Part shown: positions 1 through 13,415 of the stretch, piece after piece | Position numbering within the stretch: the stretch's first letter is position 1 | Layout: each line of letters starts with the position of its first letter | Assembly: GCA_963700985.1 (NCBI GenBank) | Contig: OY969554.1 | Location: 1,824,001-1,888,000 of the forward strand | Origin: an uncultured Chlamydiales bacterium | GTDB lineage: Bacteria > Chlamydiota > Chlamydiia > Chlamydiales > Rhabdochlamydiaceae | Length of the DNA: 64,000 nucleotides | Reading direction: 5' to 3' | Program-made: the position numbers and the translations under genes | The notes under the pieces: generated by a model | Databases searched by the model: none | Seen by the model: the letters and a program-made list of their open reading frames with translations, nothing else | Told to the model about the DNA's origin: nothing

Positions 1-1295
<1,295 letters not shown>

Positions 1296-1750
1296 AAGAG
1301 ATCGTAGGTTTACCTACATTTTCTAAGGTTGAGACAAGCTTCTCTCCCTCTCCACGTCACTTCCCTTCTGCTGTCAAAACAACAGATACAAAATCTGAAA
1401 GTTGAATGATGAAGAATGAATTTATTTCATACTTCTGACTTCTTCCTTCACGTTTTGTTTCGCTATCTCGAAAGATTGATAATGAGAATCAGAGAAGAGA
1501 ATCCTATTAAGGGTTTTGTTTCTTCGCAAGAAGAGCAATTCCCGCGGACCTAAGATATGATAGGTCCGAAACAAGCGTAAATATGAGCATCAAATTGCTA
1601 CAAACGGCGCTTGAGGAGAAGTACTTCACACATTTGTGTAAATAGGTGTTAGGAATGGCGTAAGCAAATAAGTAGACTGAATAGCGACCTATATCTCTTA
1701 TGAGACTAGGAAGCGTTCAGAAAGCTCAAATTAGTAGCGTATAAAGTTAA

Positions 1751-4700
<2,950 letters not shown>

Positions 4701-4869
4701 TTTTTTCTTTATATCGCTGGCTTTTCTCCTAATTTTAGGAGAATCGCCAGTGATTAACGCGTCAGACCTAACACCCTTGCAAAAGTGGGTGGAGGAAATC
4801 TCTTTCAAGCGCCTTTTATAGCAATTAAATGCTCCGCTGTTTTAGTAGGAAACAAAATATCTCGATTCA

Positions 4870-4985
4870 TCTTGGTGACCATAGAGAAGGGGAAATACCT
4901 GATCCCATCCCGAACTCAGAAGTCAAGACCTTCATCGCCGATGGTACTGCACACAAGAGTGTGGAAGAGTAGGACGTCGCCAAGA
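4870..4985 (+). rRNA. rrf: 5S rRNA
   Basis: Paired ends TCTTGGTGAC...GTCGCCAAGA, internal CCCATCCCGAACTCAGAAGTCAAG and CGCCGATGGTACT motifs; about 116 nt, downstream of 23S. Confidence 0.95.
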
Positions 4986-4996
4986 TTTTTACTTAC

Positions 4997-5033
4997 AACC
5001 CTAGTAGCTGAAAAGTTACTAGGGTTTTTTTTT
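4997..5033 (+). terminator. Rho-independent terminator of rRNA operon
   Basis: AACCCTAGTAGC-loop-GTTACTAGGGTT followed by a T run immediately after 5S. Confidence 0.85.
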
Positions 5034-5086
5034 GCTCGCTTGCAGCTGATGAATTCTTATATGGAGTGCGTGCGACTTGTCGCCGC

Positions 5087-5217
5087 TTTCATAGACATCG
5101 ACTTGTCGATGCCCAGTTGAGAGTCAATATTTGAAGCTTGTTTGTAATAAACTTGGCGTAAAAAAACATGATAAGTAGCACCTTTCGAAGAGCATCGACA
5201 AGTCGATGTCTATGAAA
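5087..5217. repeat. REPIN/MITE-like element: perfect 26-bp inverted repeat around a 79-nt spacer
   Basis: TTTCATAGACATCGACTTGTCGATGC (5087-5112) is the exact reverse complement of GCATCGACAAGTCGATGTCTATGAAA (5192-5217); each arm is itself a short hairpin. Confidence 0.75.
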
Positions 5218-5319
5218 ATGGAAAAGCCGAAATGAAAAACGACCAAAAGGACCTTAAGAACATCAACGACAATAAGAACAAGAAAATCTTTTTATTGTCC
5301 TTTGTGTCCTTTTGAACGC

Positions 5320-6042
5320 TTATATGTGTTGTCTGTATAGCGTTCTGATCCTCTCGTCTGTGGCCCATTCCAATCTGTCGGAGTTGATGAGCGTCCAAAT
5401 GGTGTTGCCCTCTTCCTGGTCAGTGATTTCTTTATTTTGAGCACGGACAAAATAAGATCTCACCGTTTGTGCAGAGAGTTCAGCATAACCTGCGAAGTCA
5501 GGAAAAATTGCGGCTCGTGTCTTAGTTGCTAAGTGCAGATTAAGGTTTTTCCAGTCATGCTTACCTGGATTCTGAGCTACAGGTGCAGCATCGCTACATC
5601 TAAGAAAGAGAGCTGCACTTAAGGCGTGAGGATAGAGCGTATTAATTGCCTGCCAATCGTTATGGGCAAAGTAAGGACGTATTTGGTGGGCAAGTGCTAC
5701 TAATTCTTTTCCTGTTGAAGGTATCATTGCCACTCGTCCTTCCGAGTTATGGTAAAACCCTTCTTCACGTAGGAGCATGATTCCATCGCACAGGTGCCAG
5801 TTAAAGATAGCCATAAACAGAGTGGAGATGGTGCGAGCGATAAGTGTCCACGAAGGGAGTTCGCAGTGCGTTATGTGCTGCCAGAGTTCGTGTAGTGGCC
5901 TAGTTACTACAATCGTGCCCGCTTCAAATCTTGCAAGAGGTGGAGGTGGCGGAAGTGGTTGCGGTTTAAGAGATGGTAAAGGAGGTGGTGGAGGATAGAT
6001 ACCAGGTGTTCTTTGCGCTGGTGCTGCTGCTTGTGTTGTCAT
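5320..6042 (-). CDS. Hypothetical protein, paralog 1 of 4 (possible permuted papain-like fold, Pro-rich N-terminus)
   Basis: 240 aa; shares PLHELW..CELPSW.LIAR.ISTLF, HLCDGI, EISAQT.RSYF-like and ITD.EEGNT..L..SDRLE motifs with the three upstream ORFs. Confidence 0.85.
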   Translation of the reverse strand: MTTQAAAPAQRTPGIYPPPPPLPSLKPQPLPPPPPLARFEAGTIVVTRPLHELWQHITHCELPSWTLIARTISTLFMAIFNWHLCDGIMLLREEGFYHNSEGRVAMIPSTGKELVALAHQIRPYFAHNDWQAINTLYPHALSAALFLRCSDAAPVAQNPGKHDWKNLNLHLATKTRAAIFPDFAGYAELSAQTVRSYFVRAQNKEITDQEEGNTIWTLINSDRLEWATDERIRTLYRQHI

Positions 6043-6140
6043 GTTTTTACTCTCGAGTAGATAATCGACAGTAGATTCTATGCTGTTTACTATTTTTAAT
6101 GTTTAAATCTATTTTTGAGTCTTTTGAAGCGGCAAATGAA

Positions 6141-6186
6141 TCTTGGTTGGAGCGCATACGATAAATCGCACGCGCTCCAACCAAGA
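6141..6186. repeat. GC-rich palindrome (REP-like element or terminator) between paralogs
   Basis: TCTTGGTTGGAGCGC...GCGCTCCAACCAAGA, perfect 15-bp arms. Confidence 0.6.
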
Positions 6187-6220
6187 AGGGAGATTTAAAA
6201 AGAAAAAGAATTCTCTGTTA

Positions 6221-6976
6221 TCAGTGTTTTAAGTACAGCGATTTGATAGCTTCTTCTTCGGCCACTTCCAATCGATCAGACTGGAGGAGCGTCCATAGGG
6301 TATTGCCCTCTTCACGGTCTGTGATATCTTGATGATAGACGCTGGCAAAGTAAGATCTTAGAGTTTGCGCAGAAATTTCCGGATATTTATCAAAGCTTGG
6401 AATAGCTACTGTTTGTGTCTCGCTGTCTGATTTCAGAATGAGATTTTTCATGTCATGCTTGGCAGGATTCTGCGTCACAGGAGTATTATCTCTACATCTG
6501 AGACAGAGTGCTGCGTTAGTGATATATGGGTACTGCAACAGAAGAGCATCCAAGTCCCCTCGATGGTATACAGAACCGTTGGTAGGTGGCTCGAGTGGGA
6601 AGAGCTCTGCTTCCACGCAGTAAGGGCGTATTACATTAGTTAAATCATCCATTTGTCTTCCCGTGAAGGGTATCGTTGCGACTGCTCCATCAAAGCTATG
6701 ATAAACCCCTTCACCTCGTATGAGCATGATTCCATCGCAAAGATGCCATCTAAAAATAGCCATAAACAGGGTAGAGATTGCACGCGCAATGAGTGTCCAA
6801 GAAGGGAGCTCGCAATCCGCAATATGAGCCCAGAGCTCATGCAGTGGCCGAGTAAAAACAATCGTGCCTTCTTTAAATTGACGAACGGTTTCTGGTTGCT
6901 GTTGCGGGAGTGGAGGTTGTGCGTAACGGTCTGATCCGCCGTGAGTTCCGCCTGTTGCTAAAGGTAATAGAGCCAT
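6221..6976 (-). CDS. Hypothetical protein, paralog 2 of 4
   Basis: 251 aa; same conserved motif blocks as neighbours. Confidence 0.85.
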   Translation of the reverse strand: MALLPLATGGTHGGSDRYAQPPLPQQQPETVRQFKEGTIVFTRPLHELWAHIADCELPSWTLIARAISTLFMAIFRWHLCDGIMLIRGEGVYHSFDGAVATIPFTGRQMDDLTNVIRPYCVEAELFPLEPPTNGSVYHRGDLDALLLQYPYITNAALCLRCRDNTPVTQNPAKHDMKNLILKSDSETQTVAIPSFDKYPEISAQTLRSYFASVYHQDITDREEGNTLWTLLQSDRLEVAEEEAIKSLYLKH

Positions 6977-7113
6977 ATTTGTTCCCTCAATTCATTATTA
7001 TTACCGATAATTATAGCAGCTTTATTAATTTTAATGATAATAATTAATAATTTATGTGATTTATATAAAATTACTTTGAAAAATGACTATTCCCTTAGAC
7101 TTCCATACAGTCT

Positions 7114-7836
7114 CTAAGAGTACATTGCGAAGGCAGTCTGCATATCGATTTGTTCTAATCGCTCTGAATAAACTAGGGATGCAAGAGTATTGCCCTCTTC
7201 GCGATCTGTGATCGCTCGGCCGTAGGCATTTGCGAAGTAGGATCTGATGGTTTGCGCTGAAATTTCCGGATATTTATCAAAGTTGGGAATAGCTGAAATG
7301 GAGGGTTTTCGGCCTTCTTCTGCGAAGTTAATCTCTTTCCATTCATGATCCCATGGGATTGGCAACTTGCGCGCTTCTCTTGTACATCGGAGATAGCATG
7401 CGGCAACAAGTATGCGAGGATATTGTTCTTCAATGATTAAAGTATCTCCGCCTGTATAGTAAGGCGCTACCCTGTCAATAGATTGATGATGTGCTCTACC
7501 TGTGGCTGTTACCATTTCAATTCTTCCATTAAAGCTGTGATACAAGCCTTCGGCACGCATGAGGAGGATGCCATCGCAAAGATGCCACGTAAATAGGGCC
7601 AAAAATAGTGTGGAAATAGCACGGGCAATGAGCTGGAATGAAGGAAGTTCGCAGTTCGTGATGTGCTGCCAGAGTTCATGCAAAGGCTGCGAAAGTATAA
7701 TCGTTCCTTCTTCAAACTTTGTAACGGTTAGTGGTTCACGATGTGGTGGAGGGTAGCCATTGGCTGATAGAGGTGGGTAGGAATTGTAGGGGTCAGCCCC
7801 ATGTCCTCCTGATCTGCCTAAAGTTACTGTGGCCAT
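7114..7836 (-). CDS. Hypothetical protein, paralog 3 of 4
   Basis: 240 aa; same conserved motif blocks as neighbours. Confidence 0.85.
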   Translation of the reverse strand: MATVTLGRSGGHGADPYNSYPPLSANGYPPPHREPLTVTKFEEGTIILSQPLHELWQHITNCELPSFQLIARAISTLFLALFTWHLCDGILLMRAEGLYHSFNGRIEMVTATGRAHHQSIDRVAPYYTGGDTLIIEEQYPRILVAACYLRCTREARKLPIPWDHEWKEINFAEEGRKPSISAIPNFDKYPEISAQTIRSYFANAYGRAITDREEGNTLASLVYSERLEQIDMQTAFAMYS

Positions 7837-7920
7837 AGATTGTGCTCCAAATTTTAAATTGGGGGACTAAAAAATACGCTGTGATTTTGTTCACTACGTC
7901 CACTTTCCGTCCATCGCTTC

Positions 7921-8568
7921 CTAGGAGTATAGCGCATGGACTCTTTGCACATCTATGATCTGTAATCTATCAGAGTAGATTAAAGTTGCTAAAGTATTGT
8001 CCACTTCGCGATCTGTGATCGCGAGATCATAGGCATTTGCAAAATATGCTCTCATTGTTTGTGCAGAAATCTCTGCACAACGTGAAAAGTCAGGAATGCT
8101 TACGATTGTGTTAGGCGGTGCTTTATCTGAAACTAGATCTAAACGTTCTTTCATCTTATATCCTTCCGAGCTTTGCGGAGAGGGAGTCTCTTTTTTGCAG
8201 CTTAGATATAGAGCTGCCTCCATGAGATGAGGGTAGCTTGCATTAAATTCTACGCCATCTTCCAATCTATAAAAAGGAAACTTGAATTCGTTTTGGGAGT
8301 CGTTATGTCTGCCTGTGGCAGGCATCTCTTCGATTTTTCCGTGAAAGCTATGGTAGATGGCTTCGGGCCGCAGAAGTAAGATGCCATCGCAGAAATGCCC
8401 TCTAAATAGAGCTAGGAAGAGCGTAGAAATTGCGCGTGCGATTAACTGCCAAGAAGGGAGTTCACAATTCTGAACATGCAACCAGAGTTCATGTAAGGGG
8501 CGCGATAAAACTAATGTGCCTGGATCGGGGAGTTCAATATAATTTTTAGTTACAGCTGGAATTGTCAT
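7921..8568 (-). CDS. Hypothetical protein, paralog 4 of 4
   Basis: 215 aa; same motif blocks, shorter N-terminus. Confidence 0.85.
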   Translation of the reverse strand: MTIPAVTKNYIELPDPGTLVLSRPLHELWLHVQNCELPSWQLIARAISTLFLALFRGHFCDGILLLRPEAIYHSFHGKIEEMPATGRHNDSQNEFKFPFYRLEDGVEFNASYPHLMEAALYLSCKKETPSPQSSEGYKMKERLDLVSDKAPPNTIVSIPDFSRCAEISAQTMRAYFANAYDLAITDREVDNTLATLIYSDRLQIIDVQRVHALYS

Positions 8569-8673
8569 ATGCTTTACTCCTAAATTTTTTAGAAGTAATA
8601 GCTTATATTTGTCAGTGTTTTAATTAAATATGTTAAATAATTTTGATGGGGTCTGAGACAGTGTCCGTAAAAT

Positions 8674-8710
8674 AAAAAAGCCGCAGGGGTTGCCCCCTGC
8701 GGCTTCTTTT
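8674..8710 (-). terminator. Intrinsic terminator (bidirectional form) downstream of RRM gene
   Basis: AAAAAAGCCGCAGGGG-TTGC-CCCCTGCGGCTTCTTTT. Confidence 0.8.
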
Positions 8711-8730
8711 CATTCACGCGTTAGCGAGAA

Positions 8731-9105
8731 TTACTCTCGGGAAAAGCGATCTTGTCTTCGTCCTTCGCCAGACCAGCTGCCACGACGCTCTCTGCGCTCG
8801 CCGCCACCGCCGCCGCCACCACCACCGAAAGAACGCTCTCTTTTTTGCTCAGGGCGTGCTTCGTTGACGATAAGTGTACGACCGTTCAACTTCATGCCGT
8901 TGATAGCTTCGATGGCTTTTTGTGCTTCATCGCCATCTGCCATTTCAACGAAACCGAAGCCTTTAGATTGGCCCGTAAATTTGTCTGTGATGATACGGAC
9001 TGACTCAATCTTTCCATAAGCGGAAAAGAGGTTGTGTAGCTCCTCTTCTGTAACGCTGTAAGGTAGGCTTCCGACATAAAGTTTCTTATTTGCTGCTTGA
9101 TTCAT
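8731..9105 (-). CDS. RNA-binding protein, single RRM with Gly/Arg-rich tail
   Basis: RNP2 LYVGSL and RNP1 KGFGFVEM; start reassigned to MNQAANKK (ATG 9105). Confidence 0.93.
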   Translation of the reverse strand: MNQAANKKLYVGSLPYSVTEEELHNLFSAYGKIESVRIITDKFTGQSKGFGFVEMADGDEAQKAIEAINGMKLNGRTLIVNEARPEQKRERSFGGGGGGGGGERRERRGSWSGEGRRQDRFSRE

Positions 9106-9551
9106 ACTAAAAAAAATCTCCTTAAGATCATAAATACATACTATACGAACCTGCCCAATTAATTTTGGCGCGGGCCCATACTTCAGGAGTTGACTCGGGA
9201 TTTCCAATCGGCGGGAACAAAAAACTTGAAACTGCTCGCTGGACAGAACTGCTTGATTTCCACTTAGGTGAAGAAGATCTAATCGTCGAGTTAAAGCTGC
9301 TTACATTATATAAGCCGCCTTTTCTCAGTGTCTTAGATGGGTTCTTTTTAACTAAATTAGCCATGAAGCTCGGTTCAAAAATACTCGGGATCAACAACGT
9401 TTTTAATTCTATCACACCGAGCTTTTGACTGTCTATGCATGAAAAAGCAGGTAAAGAGCTCTCTTTTTAAAGCATTCTAGATTAGATGCTTGCGTATTTG
9501 GTTTCTTAAAATACTAAAAAAATTTATCTACAGTAGGAGGAGCACTCGAAT

Positions 9552-10301
9552 ATGCAGATGAGAATTTTTGTTTTAACGCTATTGCTAGGTTTTTCCTTCA
9601 TCGGGAAAATCAGAGCGGCAGACGCAGGCTTTTTGCTGGTCGAGCAAGAGTTTGTAAAGTTTGGCAAAAAAGAGCTTTATGAGCAGCAGAAGAAGGAGTG
9701 GTTGCAAGCATTTACGCAATTCAGCGCAAAAAAAAATGCATCTTCTATTTGTGCGATTTACGATCAGGACGCTTCTCAATACCTCTATCTGATGCCGATG
9801 AAAAGTTATGCGGACATTGGCAGCTATTTCCAGCTTAGACAAGATTTCAGAAATTCTTTTTCTAAAGATGCAGAAACGAACCGCGCTCTTTTGACAGATA
9901 GCACGTTAAATTTTCGTGTGTTGTCTTTTCATCAAAACCTGCCGCGCTGCTCCTATGCTCCAGAAAATGGGCTGCAAGATTTTTTCGATAAGCCATTCTT
10001 GCATTATCACATATTTGGGATAGCTCCAGGAGATGAAGAACTTCTCGAAAAGCATCTCGAAGAGATGGTAAAGACGCACAAAAAGAATAAATCCACCGCG
10101 ACTTGGCGTGTCTGGAAAGTAATTTTTGGCTCTGACGTGCCGAAATATGTCGTGTGTGTATTTGACAAAACTCAAGAGGGTTTAGAAAAACAGGTTAAGA
10201 CTCTCACGTTTGTCGATCCGCGTATGCGCGAGATGTTGCGTCGAGACCGACAGGGCGATGTGGAAGTGCGAAGGGATCTTTCGCTTCCTTCGAATAAATA
10301 G
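9552..10301 (+). CDS. Putative exported hypothetical protein
   Basis: 249 aa; AGGAGG RBS; signal-peptide-like N-terminus ending IRA-AD. Confidence 0.75.
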   Translation: MQMRIFVLTLLLGFSFIGKIRAADAGFLLVEQEFVKFGKKELYEQQKKEWLQAFTQFSAKKNASSICAIYDQDASQYLYLMPMKSYADIGSYFQLRQDFRNSFSKDAETNRALLTDSTLNFRVLSFHQNLPRCSYAPENGLQDFFDKPFLHYHIFGIAPGDEELLEKHLEEMVKTHKKNKSTATWRVWKVIFGSDVPKYVVCVFDKTQEGLEKQVKTLTFVDPRMREMLRRDRQGDVEVRRDLSLPSNK

Positions 10302-10310
10302 CTGAGGCAT

Positions 10311-11273
10311 ATGAGTCATCCCCATTTTTTACCCGATCACCATCGCTACATCGATCGTCTACCGCGGATTCCACTTGTGGGCGTGGCGCTCAAAGATAGA
10401 GATCCTCTCATCTGGTGTAAGTTAGAATTTCTCAATCCTAGCGGTTCGATCAAAGATCGGATTGCTCGCTTTATTATTGAAAAAGCTTGGCGTCAAGGGC
10501 ATGTGCAAAAAGGCAGCTTGGTCATCGAAGCTTCTTCGGGCTCGACTAGCATTGCACTCGCGTTAGCGTGTGCGCAGATGGGTATAAAATTCCTGACTGT
10601 GATGCCTGAGGGCGTAAGCTTAGAAAGGATACTCATGATCCGTGCTTTTGGTGGCGAAGTTGTTTTTTCGCCTAAGGAAGATGGCATGCGTGGCGCGATG
10701 TCCATGGCAGTTGAAATGGCTGAAAAACAAGGCGCCTTTTTTACACGCCAATTTGAAAACCCTGATAACGCCGAAACGCATCATCTCTGGACTGGGCAGG
10801 AAATTTTAGCGCAGATTCCCGGAGGGATTGTCGATGCGGTAGTAAGCGGTGTAGGCACAGGTGGCACAATCGTGGGTCTAAATCGCGCTTTTAAAGAGGC
10901 CGGCTGCACGAGCATACCAGTGGTTGCGATTCCTACTTCTCTAAGTGGAATTGCAGGGGCTGAATGTTCTAGTTTCAGCTGTCGCATTCCGGGTGTAGTG
11001 GACTCTTTGTCGAAGCTCTACGACAAAAAAAATATGCCTGATGCAATCGAAATTGAAGTGGAAGATACACTTGCTATCCAAACCACGCACGAACTGATCA
11101 ACGTGGGCTTTCCAGTAGGTCCAAGTTCAGGCCTCAATTATGCTGCCGCACGCATGGTGGCTGAAAAGTTTGGTAGAGATACACAAATAGTTACGGTTTT
11201 CCCAGATCGTATGGAAAAGTATTTTTCTACGGAACTCTTTGCGCCATTTAATGAGGGAGTTTCTAAAAGGTAA
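10311..11273 (+). CDS. PLP-dependent cysteine synthase family protein (CysK/CysM-like)
   Basis: KLEFLNPSGSIKDR (PLP lysine), EASSGST, GVGTGGT, GPSSG, VFPDRMEKY. Confidence 0.9.
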   Translation: MSHPHFLPDHHRYIDRLPRIPLVGVALKDRDPLIWCKLEFLNPSGSIKDRIARFIIEKAWRQGHVQKGSLVIEASSGSTSIALALACAQMGIKFLTVMPEGVSLERILMIRAFGGEVVFSPKEDGMRGAMSMAVEMAEKQGAFFTRQFENPDNAETHHLWTGQEILAQIPGGIVDAVVSGVGTGGTIVGLNRAFKEAGCTSIPVVAIPTSLSGIAGAECSSFSCRIPGVVDSLSKLYDKKNMPDAIEIEVEDTLAIQTTHELINVGFPVGPSSGLNYAAARMVAEKFGRDTQIVTVFPDRMEKYFSTELFAPFNEGVSKR

Positions 11274-11343
11274 AAAGTCTATTGAAGAATATCTTTAAAC
11301 CGCCTACATATTGCGGTGTAAAATTACTAATTGGAGATCGTGT

Positions 11344-11610
11344 ATGGCATTGAAGAATACAATCAACGCAATGAGAACCCTTCTTGAAGGGATTTGCGGA
11401 GATTTAGAAAAATCTGAAGCTGGTAATAGAGCTGCTTCGCAAAGAGTGCGCACCTCATCAATTAAATTTGCCAAGATCAGCAAACTCTATCGTAAAGAGT
11501 CGATTGCAGAGGAGCGCAAAGGTGGCAAAAGCGGTAAAAAAGCCAAGTCAACGGCTAAGGCTGCTAATTCTAAAAAAGCTAAAGCTAAGCCTGCAGCTAG
11601 AAAAAAATAA
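11344..11610 (+). CDS. hctA: Chlamydial histone H1-like protein Hc1
   Basis: MALKNT...GNRAASQRVRTSSIK...YRKESI plus Lys/Ala-rich tail; start set at ATG 11344. Confidence 0.92.
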   Translation: MALKNTINAMRTLLEGICGDLEKSEAGNRAASQRVRTSSIKFAKISKLYRKESIAEERKGGKSGKKAKSTAKAANSKKAKAKPAARKK

Positions 11611-11654
11611 GAGTACGGCTTTAACCTTTATTCTCGATGGTTTAACCTGGTCGC

Positions 11655-12869
11655 ATGACCTGTTTATCCGTATCTCTATGCTCGCATGTTCCGCTATGCG
11701 GAGGGTGCAGCTGGCAACAAATTGAATACTCTGAGCAGCTGAACAAAAAGCGCGAAAACGTGAAGAAGCTTTTTGAGCCGCTGGGCGTATTTGACTCAAT
11801 GATTTTCCATGAGATCTTGCCTTGTCCTGCGCCCTGGCGCTATCGCAATAAGATGGAGTTCTCCTTTTCGCAGAATAAAGCCCAAGATCATTTCCTGGGT
11901 TTGATGATCGCGCGCAGTCGAAGGCGCGTCTTCAATCTCGAAGAGTGCTACCTCACTGCCCCCTGGTTTGCAGAAACACTTTGTAGTGTGCGCAACTGGT
12001 GGAAGGCGAGTGGGTTAAAAGCCTATCATGCGCATTACAATACAGGATCACTGCGCACGCTTACTTTGCGTGAAGGAAGGCGAACGGGCGATAAAATGGC
12101 CATCCTCACAGTTTCGGGCGAGCCCGAGTTTTCTTTAAATAAGGAGCAGCTTGCTGGGTATGTCGAAGCTGTTAAAAGTGCGCTTCCAGGAGAAAATGTC
12201 AGCATTTTTCTGCGCATTCATCAGATCAAAAAGGGCACGCCTACGCAATTCTATGATATGGTGCTCTCAGGGCCAGATCATATCACCGAGAAGTTAGAGA
12301 TTAAAATCGGCGGAGAGACCCGCGCGTTTACGTTCAAAATTAGTCCGATGTCATTTTTTCAGCCTAATTCTCTTCAAGCCGAGCTTCTTTACAGCCGCGC
12401 GCTTGAGATGTGTGCCGTAAACAAAGAGATGCATGTGTTTGATCTCTATTGCGGTACGGCTACGCTTGGTATGATCTTTGCGCAGCAGGCGGGACGCGTC
12501 TCTGGGATCGAACTCAATCCAGAGGCGGTCTTTGATGCGGAAAGCAATTTGCAATTGAATGGAATCGACAATGTTCAGATCCATCAGGGCGATGTAGGGA
12601 AGATCCTCCAAAGTTGGGAAAAAGATAAGCTCAAGCCCGATCTGGTGATTGTCGACCCGCCGCGTTCGGGCTTAGATGCCACTTCCATTGCGCAGATCTT
12701 GCAACTCGCTCCAAAAGAAATTCTATACATTTCTTGTAATCCCGAGACGCAAGCGCAGAATGTGAAGGTATTTATCGAAAATGGATATAAGCTGCTCGAA
12801 CTGCAGCCTGTAGATCAATTTCCCCATACGCCTCACCTTGAAACCATCGCTAGACTAGCGTCAAATTAG
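11655..12869 (+). CDS. rlmD: 23S rRNA (uracil-C5)-methyltransferase, RlmD/RumA family
   Basis: CGGC Fe-S motif, YRNKMEF, SFFQPN, DLYCGTATLG, VDPPRSG, YISCNPET, DQFPHTPHLE. Confidence 0.92.
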   Translation: MTCLSVSLCSHVPLCGGCSWQQIEYSEQLNKKRENVKKLFEPLGVFDSMIFHEILPCPAPWRYRNKMEFSFSQNKAQDHFLGLMIARSRRRVFNLEECYLTAPWFAETLCSVRNWWKASGLKAYHAHYNTGSLRTLTLREGRRTGDKMAILTVSGEPEFSLNKEQLAGYVEAVKSALPGENVSIFLRIHQIKKGTPTQFYDMVLSGPDHITEKLEIKIGGETRAFTFKISPMSFFQPNSLQAELLYSRALEMCAVNKEMHVFDLYCGTATLGMIFAQQAGRVSGIELNPEAVFDAESNLQLNGIDNVQIHQGDVGKILQSWEKDKLKPDLVIVDPPRSGLDATSIAQILQLAPKEILYISCNPETQAQNVKVFIENGYKLLELQPVDQFPHTPHLETIARLASN

Positions 12870-12914
12870 CTCATTTTTCTTGATTTTGGGGCTGTTTTAG
12901 GGCATGCTCAGGCA

Positions 12915-13343
12915 ATGCATTTTTTTAACAAGGGAACTATTATGAACAAGTTTTTTACTTTTTGCCTCAGCCTTTCTGCGCTGGTTTTCAGCTCTCTTCC
13001 GCTCTTTGCACAAGATGCGCCAGCAGCACCAGCTCGTGAAAACAGCTTCATGCAGACGCTGATCATGATCGGTATTGCACTGGTCTTCTTCTATTTCATC
13101 CTCTGGCGCCCAGAACAAAAACGTCGCAAAGCGATGGAAAAACAACGCAGCGGCCTGAAAAAGGGCGATCGCGTTACTGCAATGGGAATCGTGGGCACAG
13201 TATTCAAAGTTCAAGAGACAACTGTAATCTTGAAGATGGTTGATGGTGCTAAGATTGAAATTCTGAAGGGTGCAATTACAGACGTTCAAGCTGGAACTGA
13301 TGAAGATTCCAAGTCTGTTGAACTGACTCCTGACCCTAAGTAA
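12915..13343 (+). CDS. yajC: Preprotein translocase subunit YajC (start may be 12942)
   Basis: FYFILWRPEQKRRK, LKKGDRVTAMGIVG. Confidence 0.92.
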   Translation: MHFFNKGTIMNKFFTFCLSLSALVFSSLPLFAQDAPAAPARENSFMQTLIMIGIALVFFYFILWRPEQKRRKAMEKQRSGLKKGDRVTAMGIVGTVFKVQETTVILKMVDGAKIEILKGAITDVQAGTDEDSKSVELTPDPK

Positions 13344-13367
13344 GTAGCCTTAAGAAATTTTCCATAT

Positions 13368-13414
13368 AACTCATATTTTGCGGGTTTTTAAAACCCCAGA
13401 ATATGAGTTTTTTT
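13368..13414. terminator. Hairpin terminator between convergent genes
   Basis: AACTCATATTTTG...CAGAATATGAGTT followed by a T run. Confidence 0.65.
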
Positions 13415-13415
13415 A

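Noticed and set aside
1296-1750. tRNA genes in the 16S-23S spacer
   Set aside because: No recognisable tRNA-Ile/Ala D-arm or T-arm motifs or cloverleaf found by eye
9106-9551. Riboswitch or ncRNA upstream of the RRM gene, and ORFs 9128-9415 and 9165-9428
   Set aside because: Some GC-rich pairing potential but no match to a family I can recognise; the ORFs overlap on opposite strands without motifs. An Rfam scan would be needed.
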